This document shows, in pieces, positions 57,086 to 64,000 of a stretch of DNA of 64,000 bases. The notes beneath the pieces are model-generated. The model searched no databases, was not told the DNA's origin, and worked only from the letters and a program-made list of their open reading frames with translations. The translations under genes and the position numbers were made by a program. How positions within the stretch are numbered: the first letter of the stretch is position 1; each line of letters begins with the position of its first letter. Source of the stretch: Nanobdellati archaeon (GTDB lineage: Archaea > EX4484-52 > GLR71); assembly GCA_019429005.1 (NCBI GenBank), contig JAHYJR010000001.1, positions 14,271 to 78,270 of the forward strand, given 5' to 3'.

Positions 57086-59230
57086 TTATGATAAATTATA
57101 AGACCTATAACGATCCCTTAATTCTGCAAGTTTGCCTTTATTCCAATTACTTGTGGTTGACAAATATCCAGTCACTCTTGTTATACCATCAACATTTACA
57201 GAACTACAAGATTGACAACGGTCAATAAGACCGCGTACTACTTTATGACAACTCTTACAAAATGTAAACTCTGGCGAAAAAGCAATCTGTGTATTTTGTG
57301 TATTTGTAAATGTCTTCTTTACAAAACTGCCAAGTGCAGAGGGATCTGGTCTTGAATCTCCAAGCCATACATGAGTCAGTGCACCTGCATCAATAAGTGG
57401 ATGAAACATACCTTCTTGTGTAACTCTCTTTATCGGGGACATAGGAACACCAACATTAAGATATGTTGAATTTGTATAATACATCTCAGACGTTGTAAAA
57501 TCACCTTTCACAACTTTTGCAACTTCATTAGGATATCTTTCACGATCAAGATGTGCAAGACGATATGCAGTTGATTCGGCGGGTGTCTGCTCAAGAGCAA
57601 AATGAAGTCCTGTCTTTTCAGAAAGTTCACGCTGTTTCTTACCCATATGTACAATAACCTTAAGACCAAATTTAATAGCTTTATTAGATTCATGCAATTC
57701 TTCACCAAGATGAAACTGTACAAGTTCATTAAGTCCAAGCATACCCATCAAAAAAGACGCCCTTTCAAATCTATAATAAGGTTCACCATCAAGATCCATT
57801 GTAAGAATTGGAAGCGAACCTGCCGAACCTTGTGCTAATATTTTACGTATAAATTCTTTTTTCTCTATATGTGCTTGAGCCGCAAGTTCTAAACTCTCAT
57901 CAATATATTCAAATAATTTACTATCATCGCCCTTTGCAGCATAAGCTGCTCTTGGAAGATTTATTGTTACATTTTGCATTGCAGAATATCTCATTTTCCA
58001 TGGCTGTTTAGCATCTAACAAATCATTCTCATTAAGCTTAAATTGTAATCTACAACATTCACTAATTTTTGCTTCGTCACCACGATCAAAAATAAAATAA
58101 GTATTCCCCATTTTTGAACCCACTTCACACGCAAGATCCATCATTTCCTCATGACCTTCAGTTTTGAAAAATTTATCAGTCACATGGAAATCCGGTTTTG
58201 GAAAAAAGAAAGGTCTTCCATAATTATCCCCTTTAAGATAAACTTCAAAAGCAGCTTTCATAAATGCTTGAGATTCACCAAGATACTCAGAATAATTATT
58301 ACCTGTATATTTACCACCTGGACCTATTGCTGGAACATCGCTAAAATGCTTTGGTATCTCCCAATAATAATTTGTATCTGTAAATGTAACCTGCCCCCCC
58401 CTTGATACTGCTTGCTGTGCAAACTCATAAATCATCATCTGTGCTAATTGTTTGATTCTAGATTCATCAAGACCAACAAGGAATGGTGCCATAAATACGT
58501 TGACTGCATCCCACCCAATTGCACCTGCAAAATGTCCTTGTAACGCTGCAGCAAACTTCGTAAGATGTAATATTAAAACTTCGGGATGCTTAGCTGGACC
58601 CGCAACAGCATAATTACCACGCCCATCCATAACAAGACCAAACTTCTTCAAATACTCTACGGATTGACCAGAACAATAAGGCCTATCAATAAAATCAAGA
58701 TCATGAAGATGTATCCTACCATTCTGATATGCTTTTCCAACATCCTCTGAAAAAACATTAAGAAGTGCATATTCTTTTTTAGCATGCCCTGCTAATGTCA
58801 AATTTATCGCTTCAGAATTATGATGAACATTAGAATTTTCTTTATTACTTAAAAAAAATAAATTTGTCATATCATATAAAGGCATACCCAACCTTGTATG
58901 TAACTTACGATAATGTTCATACCCATGTTCAATTAATTTAGAATTAACTATTTCTCTAATAAGTGGTGCTGATATAAATTTAGCACCTGAATTTTTAATA
59001 AATTTTTCTGCTTCAATTGCAATTACTTGAGCTTGATGTTTTGGCATACCCGTTTCCCGATTAAGTGCTTCTGTAATCTTTTCTTTATTCCAATTTAAGA
59101 TATCGTCACCACTTGTCCTTACAAAAAGAATATTGTCGGTAGTGTCACCAGAGCTTCCATTATTATTATTATTATTATTGTTATTTTTATTTTTGTTTAC
59201 CATCAAACCACCTTGAAAAAGAATAAGCAT
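57086..59230 (-). CDS. nrdD: Anaerobic (class III) ribonucleoside-triphosphate reductase
   Basis: N-terminal ATP-cone (ILFVRTSGDDILNWNKEKITEAL), C-terminal Zn-ribbon CKSCHKVVRGLIDRCQSC and glycyl-radical motif TRVTGYLST (RVxGY). 714 aa. Poly-Asn run near the N-terminus. Confidence 0.85.
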   Translation of the reverse strand: MLILFQGGLMVNKNKNNNNNNNNNGSSGDTTDNILFVRTSGDDILNWNKEKITEALNRETGMPKHQAQVIAIEAEKFIKNSGAKFISAPLIREIVNSKLIEHGYEHYRKLHTRLGMPLYDMTNLFFLSNKENSNVHHNSEAINLTLAGHAKKEYALLNVFSEDVGKAYQNGRIHLHDLDFIDRPYCSGQSVEYLKKFGLVMDGRGNYAVAGPAKHPEVLILHLTKFAAALQGHFAGAIGWDAVNVFMAPFLVGLDESRIKQLAQMMIYEFAQQAVSRGGQVTFTDTNYYWEIPKHFSDVPAIGPGGKYTGNNYSEYLGESQAFMKAAFEVYLKGDNYGRPFFFPKPDFHVTDKFFKTEGHEEMMDLACEVGSKMGNTYFIFDRGDEAKISECCRLQFKLNENDLLDAKQPWKMRYSAMQNVTINLPRAAYAAKGDDSKLFEYIDESLELAAQAHIEKKEFIRKILAQGSAGSLPILTMDLDGEPYYRFERASFLMGMLGLNELVQFHLGEELHESNKAIKFGLKVIVHMGKKQRELSEKTGLHFALEQTPAESTAYRLAHLDRERYPNEVAKVVKGDFTTSEMYYTNSTYLNVGVPMSPIKRVTQEGMFHPLIDAGALTHVWLGDSRPDPSALGSFVKKTFTNTQNTQIAFSPEFTFCKSCHKVVRGLIDRCQSCSSVNVDGITRVTGYLSTTSNWNKGKLAELRDRYRSYNLS

Positions 59231-59556
59231 AATTATACAGAAACATTAAAAAGTCTGTTTGTTTAAACGCAATTATAAAACAGTAGTATATCCAACACAT
59301 ACTATTAATTAACAGTCACTGAAACACAATAAGATCATTATTTATAAACAAATTAAAAAAAATTATTTATTTTTTAAAAAAACTATTTTTGAAAATATTT
59401 TAAAAAGAATTCAATAAGAACTTTTCAAAAAATACAACAATCTATAAACAAAATAAAATTAAAACCAAAATACATATATACGCCTAAAAACTAATACAAT
59501 TTAGAACAAAGCTAAAACAGCCAATACAATCAACAAAAAATAAAGAGGGAGTTTAC

Positions 59557-59931
59557 ATGGTAAGAAAAACAATTAAAAACAATATTAAAAAACAACATGC
59601 AGATATGATTGGAAGCACAAGTTTTATACTTGGTGTACTTATTGCAATTATCGCGGGTTTACCATTAGGTAATGTTATACCGTCTGATGCAGCAGCAATA
59701 ATCCTTGTTGTATTCGGTTTAATTGTAGGAACACTAAATATAAATGATTCTGAAATCACAAAATTTTTGATAGCATCAATGGCATTCATCGTTGTTGGAA
59801 CATCCCCAATAACATTATTGCCAATAATTGGTCCAACAATAGGACAAATTTTGATATATATCACATATTTTGTTGCACCTGCAACATTAATTGTTGCTCT
59901 TGAAGCAATACATGAAGTAGTAAGGTCTTAA
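59557..59931 (+). CDS. Hypothetical small membrane protein (4 TM)
   Basis: 124-aa ORF with a GAGGGAG purine tract 5 nt upstream of the ATG. No homology recognised. Confidence 0.35.
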   Translation: MVRKTIKNNIKKQHADMIGSTSFILGVLIAIIAGLPLGNVIPSDAAAIILVVFGLIVGTLNINDSEITKFLIASMAFIVVGTSPITLLPIIGPTIGQILIYITYFVAPATLIVALEAIHEVVRS

Positions 59932-59985
59932 AGACCTTACATTTTTTATTTTTTAAAAAAAACTAAAAACAAATTAAAACAAAAA

Positions 59986-60384
59986 TTAATTCTCAAAAAA
60001 CCAAATATCATCTGAAATTATTTCGAAAACACTATTATAGATATCAACACTGCCACTAATACACACAATATCAGAAGTGTCTAAAAATAATGAAACTTCT
60101 TTTGATTTTGCAATATCTTTGAAAAAAACAACAAGAATTTTATTACTTATATTATTTATATCTGAAAAAACCGCAAAAAAATGACCATCTTTAGTTAAAC
60201 TATAAGAATCAACAAAACCACAAACAGATACAAAATCACCAATAAAATCATAATCAATATCTTGTATTTCAACAAGATCTGGTTTAAATGAAGAAGAAAT
60301 AAAAACGAAAATAATACCAAATGAAAAAACAAGTAGACTTAAAAAAATAACATCTTTATCTTCTAATTTATACATAAGAATCAC
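59986..60384 (-). CDS. Hypothetical N-terminally anchored protein
   Basis: 132 aa with an N-terminal TM (IFLSLLVFSFGIIFVFISSSF). Confidence 0.3.
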   Translation of the reverse strand: MILMYKLEDKDVIFLSLLVFSFGIIFVFISSSFKPDLVEIQDIDYDFIGDFVSVCGFVDSYSLTKDGHFFAVFSDINNISNKILVVFFKDIAKSKEVSLFLDTSDIVCISGSVDIYNSVFEIISDDIWFFEN

Positions 60385-60934
60385 TTAAAAAAGAAAAACG
60401 GTTCTTTATAGAATATACTATACCAAGCGGTGTAAGTGTGCTATCTTTAAGTAAAACCTCATTCAATTTAAAGGGTTTTGATACAAAAGTATTATAATCA
60501 GATAATGCTGTTTCTAACTTTTTAACATCACAAGATTTTTTAAAACGACCCAATGTTACATGAGGAATAAAACGAATTTCATGTGTAAATCCAAATTTTT
60601 CAAGAACAGTGCCTATAGTATTATAAATTTCTAAAAGTTTTTTATTCTCTTTTACACCAACCCATAAAACTCGCGCATCTTCAACATTAGGAAAAACGCC
60701 AACATTTTCAAGATCTAATTCTAAATCCATATATCTTTCTAATTTTGGAGTTAAAACAGAATTAATCTTTTGAATAAGGTGTTCATCTACATTTCCAAGA
60801 TATTTGAGAGTAATATGCATATTATCCGATTTTATATAATTAAAATTATCTAATCTTTCAGCCAAATCAACTTGCATATTTACAAGCCCTCTTCTAATAG
60901 CATAAGGTATATCAAAACAGAAGAAACATCTCAT
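60368..60934 (-). CDS. thpR: RNA 2',3'-cyclic phosphodiesterase (ThpR/LigT, 2H phosphoesterase family)
   Basis: Two H-x-T/S-x motifs (HITLKYLG and HVTLGRF) at the spacing typical of LigT. 188 aa. Confidence 0.75.
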   Translation of the reverse strand: MRCFFCFDIPYAIRRGLVNMQVDLAERLDNFNYIKSDNMHITLKYLGNVDEHLIQKINSVLTPKLERYMDLELDLENVGVFPNVEDARVLWVGVKENKKLLEIYNTIGTVLEKFGFTHEIRFIPHVTLGRFKKSCDVKKLETALSDYNTFVSKPFKLNEVLLKDSTLTPLGIVYSIKNRFSFLSDSYV

Positions 60935-61025
60935 AATAAGATATATCTATACATAGATTTATATTTATTCGTCATATAGAATATTAATATAACACTTAAA
61001 TTCACATGAAACACACGTGAACCTT

Positions 61026-62204
61026 ATGAAATCAATACAAAACTATGATTGGTATACTGAAATGGGATGGACCCGAAACCCCTTCTCTCTAGATATATAC
61101 CCTGAATTATTTGTTGGACACGAAAATGAAATAAAAACTATTAAAAATAGCATTAAAAACAATCAAAAATTCATATTAATCACAGGCCCAACAGGTATTG
61201 GAAAAACAACATTTCTCAAATGGATTACCACACAATATGATACAGTCTATATTCCTAAACCACCAATAGATGAAAAAGAACTCGTTACGATATTCAAAAA
61301 TACTATATTAAAAAAAACAATAATTGAAAAAATCATAGCAAAACTAACAGGAGAACAAGATGTAAACATATACAATCTTGCAGAAATGATTAACAAACAT
61401 AAAAAGAATAAACAATTGATATTTATCGTTGATGAGGCACATGAAACTAGTTTACATGTACTTGAATGGTTACGAACCTTAACAGATCATATTGAAAATT
61501 CAATACTTATATTATCAGGCCTTAGAAAACTTAAAACAGACAAATTAAACAATATCGAAACATTAGATACTAGGATTAACGTGAACGTGCAATTAAGTAC
61601 GTTAACTAAAAATGAAAGTGTAAAATTAGTTAAAAAACGTATCGAATCTGTGGGGGGTCAAAACATTAACCCATTCACACTCGACACAATCTCGGAAATA
61701 TACACAATATGTGGTGGGTTTCCAAGAGAAACAATAAAAATCTGTAACAAATTAATATTAAATGCAATTAACACTAAATCTATGATAATAGACAATATAG
61801 ATGAAGAAAACGAAAACACACAAGAAGACAAAAAACAACTAACAGAACATACTGATAAGAATAATACAATACAAATGGTAAACAAAGAACAACGTGAACA
61901 AAAAAGTGTATTGTACCATAAATATATGACAGATACAAATCAAATAACACGAAACAGTATAGATATGCTTACAAAAAAACAAAGGGATATTATAAATATA
62001 TTATCAAATAAACCAGCAACACCAACTAACATTATTAATATAATCAGCTTAAAGGAATATAAAACGAAAAATCATGCATTACGATCAATAAATAATATAT
62101 TACGACGTTTAGTCGATTCAGGATATATTACACGTGAACGTCAAGGTAAAGCCTATATATACAAATTGACCCCTAAAGTAAAAGTGTTTTTGATAGATAA
62201 TTAA
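61026..62204 (+). CDS. AAA+ ATPase (AAA_22/ExeA-like P-loop) with a C-terminal winged-helix domain; possibly a divergent Orc1/Cdc6-family protein
   Basis: Walker A ILITGPTGIGKTT, Walker B LIFIVDEAHE, sensor region, an acidic insert, and a C-terminal wHTH (RDIINILSNKPATPTNIINIISLKEY...LRRLVDSGYITRERQGKAYIYKLT). ATG at 61026 (ORF-track start is GTG at 61017). Confidence 0.5.
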   Translation: MKSIQNYDWYTEMGWTRNPFSLDIYPELFVGHENEIKTIKNSIKNNQKFILITGPTGIGKTTFLKWITTQYDTVYIPKPPIDEKELVTIFKNTILKKTIIEKIIAKLTGEQDVNIYNLAEMINKHKKNKQLIFIVDEAHETSLHVLEWLRTLTDHIENSILILSGLRKLKTDKLNNIETLDTRINVNVQLSTLTKNESVKLVKKRIESVGGQNINPFTLDTISEIYTICGGFPRETIKICNKLILNAINTKSMIIDNIDEENENTQEDKKQLTEHTDKNNTIQMVNKEQREQKSVLYHKYMTDTNQITRNSIDMLTKKQRDIINILSNKPATPTNIINIISLKEYKTKNHALRSINNILRRLVDSGYITRERQGKAYIYKLTPKVKVFLIDN

Positions 62205-62243
62205 GATACAGAAATAATAGATAGTTAAAAACATAACATATAG

Positions 62244-62948
62244 ATGTTTATTATGGAATTAAACACAATAATATTAATAATTTTAACAATTTTAATGGTT
62301 GTAAGTATCTTATTTAATCAAAAATATTTTAATAAAACAGCAATAATTATCGCGTTATTATTTGGAATAATTATAACACAAACAAAGGGCTTGCGTTGGT
62401 TTTTAATATTATTCACATTCTTAATTATAAGTATACTCGCAACACATATCAATTCAAAAATAAAGGGTGTACACCATAGTTCACGTGAAACTGATAATGT
62501 ATTATCAAATGGTTTAGTACCATTAATGAGTGCAATTTATTCTATTAAAAACAATGACCCTATATTTTTCTTAATATACCTTGGAAGTATATCTGCAGCA
62601 TTAGCAGACACAATTAGTTCGGAAATCGGTATGTTGTCAAAAAAAGACCCAATAATGATAACAACGCTTAAAAAAACAAAAAGTGGTGAAAATGGAGGTA
62701 TTTCTATATTAGGATTTATAGCCGCAATCACAAGTTGCACAATTTTAGCAATTATAACATACATACTATTTGATATAAATTATACAATATTTATTGCAAT
62801 AATTATCTCAGGTCTTATTGGTACGATTATTGATAGTATACTTGGAGCAACACTTGAAAATAAAAATAAAATAACAAATGGCTCTGTAAATTTCATAACA
62901 ACATTATTTGGAGGTATAATACTCGTAGTAATAACATTATTACTTTAA
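62244..62948 (+). CDS. DUF92/TMEM19-family integral membrane protein
   Basis: SAALADTISSEIGMLSKKDPIMITT...GENGGISILG matches the DUF92 signature (AlADT.aSEiG......p.lITt....v.gGtnGgvS..G). 234 aa. Confidence 0.6.
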   Translation: MFIMELNTIILIILTILMVVSILFNQKYFNKTAIIIALLFGIIITQTKGLRWFLILFTFLIISILATHINSKIKGVHHSSRETDNVLSNGLVPLMSAIYSIKNNDPIFFLIYLGSISAALADTISSEIGMLSKKDPIMITTLKKTKSGENGGISILGFIAAITSCTILAIITYILFDINYTIFIAIIISGLIGTIIDSILGATLENKNKITNGSVNFITTLFGGIILVVITLLL

Positions 62949-63077
62949 ACAACCAATAAAACACCAAATAAAAAGAATATTTATAAACTTTTACGACAAA
63001 TAATTATTTAAAAAAGTATAGCCTCATTTAAAAAAATAAAAAACACAAAATTACATAATCAAATTGGTGAAATAAAA

Positions 63078-63338
63078 ATGGATACATTTGTAAAAGGTAG
63101 GGAACTTATAGGAAAAACGGTTGTTTGTGAAGAAAACGGACGGAAATTTGGAATCGTTGGAGATCTTAGTTTTATAACAGACACAGGCGAACTTTTAAAT
63201 TTGTTAATTACAGAACCAACAAAACACGCATTAGAATTACAATTACAACAAGATGAAAAGGGTCGATTTTTAATCCCGTTCTCATCAGTTAAATCAGTTA
63301 GTGATTTTGTTATAGTTACAGAAAAAGAGATATTCTAA
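63078..63338 (+). CDS. PRC-barrel domain protein
   Basis: [35 protein letters not shown] fits the PRC-barrel core. 86 aa. Second copy of this family in the window. Confidence 0.55.
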   Translation: MDTFVKGRELIGKTVVCEENGRKFGIVGDLSFITDTGELLNLLITEPTKHALELQLQQDEKGRFLIPFSSVKSVSDFVIVTEKEIF

Positions 63339-64000
63339 TCAGAGATATCTCCTTCTTCTTTTTTTTCTTTGAAAACACGTGGTTTTCGAGCAGCCCCAAC
63401 AGCATCCCCAATACCCTCTTCAGTAATAGTATATATCGCTTCACCGTCCGGAAGATATGGACTATCTACAAGTTTTGCAACCCGCAAATTCTGTTTACTT
63501 TTTCTAAGATACAGCCTAAATGTTGATGTATGACCAACAATATGTCCCCCAATAGCCTCAGTCGGATCACCAAATAACACATTAGGTCTTGACATAACTT
63601 GATTTGTAACAAAAATTGCCGCATTATAATTATCAGATAATTTTTGAAGATCATGCATATGCCTATTTAATTTTTGTTGACGTGCAGACAAAGTACCACG
63701 ACCAACATAATCAGTTCTAAATTGAGCAGTAAGCGAATCAACTATAACAAGCCGTATATCTTTTTCTTTCATAATTGATTGTGCTTTTTCAACCAAAATC
63801 ATTTGATGATCTGAATTATATGCCCTTGCAATAAAAATATTTTCCAAAATCTTTTTTGGATCTAAACCTTTAGCAATAGCCATCTGTTCAATTCGCTCAG
63901 GCCTAAATGTGTTTTCAGTATCAATATATAACACACGACCCTTAAGACCCCCGTCTTTAACAGGCATCTGGACATTTACAGCAAGCTGATGTGCAATCTG
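63335..64000 (-). CDS. radA: DNA repair and recombination protein RadA (3' portion; N-terminal part lies beyond the window end)
   Basis: [52 protein letters not shown]...[25 protein letters not shown] matches the RadA/Rad51 core after Walker B. The frame is still open at the window edge. Confidence 0.85.
   Translation of the reverse strand, partial: QIAHQLAVNVQMPVKDGGLKGRVLYIDTENTFRPERIEQMAIAKGLDPKKILENIFIARAYNSDHQMILVEKAQSIMKEKDIRLVIVDSLTAQFRTDYVGRGTLSARQQKLNRHMHDLQKLSDNYNAAIFVTNQVMSRPNVLFGDPTEAIGGHIVGHTSTFRLYLRKSKQNLRVAKLVDSPYLPDGEAIYTITEEGIGDAVGAARKPRVFKEKKEEGDISD

Noticed and set aside
1-64000. rRNA genes, transposases/IS elements, integrases, toxin-antitoxin or restriction-modification systems
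   Set aside because: No translation in any frame showed DDE, tyrosine/serine recombinase, methyltransferase (DPPY/FxGxG), PIN or HEPN signatures. No long GC-rich rRNA-like stretch is present.

Overview
The window is strongly AT-rich and is read as a fragment of a small archaeal genome, probably DPANN-like. This is inferred from archaeal-type translation, RNA-processing and A-type ATP synthase genes, intron-containing tRNAs and many small membrane-anchored proteins. No taxon can be assigned from sequence alone.

Recognisable content, in order along the window:
- Translation and RNA processing: the 3' end of ribosomal protein S15P/S13e, a RecJ/GAN-like DHH phosphoesterase, ribosomal protein S3Ae, the CCA-adding enzyme, aEF-1beta with its usual adjacent small Zn-ribbon protein (below the 60-aa ORF-track cutoff), tRNA-Leu with an intron, an AMMECR1 protein, tRNA-Val, CDP-archaeol synthase, a PHP phosphoesterase, Pth2, TruD, a histone-fold protein, archaeosine tRNA-guanine transglycosylase, pelota, NAC and ThpR/LigT.
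- Energy and nucleotide metabolism: a complete A1Ao ATP synthase operon (atpH-I-K-E-C-F-A-B-D) preceded by an unannotated 55-aa 2x[4Fe-4S] ferredoxin, and a class III ribonucleotide reductase module (nrdD, a CPNC redoxin, nrdG).
- Recombination: the 3' part of radA runs off the window end.
- tRNAs: a tRNA-Ser(GCT) on the minus strand that appears to carry two introns (D-loop and anticodon loop).
- Membrane, transporter and hypothetical genes: a processive QRxRW family-2 glycosyltransferase, a TctA/DUF112-like protein, two MFS transporters, CorC/CNNM, a NOG1-like GTPase, a CPA2 antiporter with RCK domain, a DUF92 protein, two PRC-barrel proteins and an AAA_22 ATPase with a winged helix.

Accessory-looking content:
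- a minimal Tad/type-IV-pilus-like module at 3860-6290, whose platform protein is split and interrupted by an in-frame TAA;
- a cell-surface island at 19.1-26.3 kb with a membrane-anchored wHTH protein, a ~700-aa multi-CARDB-like surface protein and two tandem paralogs of an 'SGC'-lipobox secreted family;
- a second surface cluster at 45.9-52.9 kb with a third paralog and a 1450-aa membrane-anchored giant protein;
- several perfect tandem DNA repeats, a Q/N-rich repeat protein, and a tRNA-like structured element at 8240-8344.

No rRNA, CRISPR array, transposase or integrase was seen. The ORF track accepts GTG/TTG starts, so some starts were moved to the nearest in-frame ATG where homology supports it. 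Coordinates worked out by hand (tRNAs, small ORFs, repeats) may be off by 1-2 nt.
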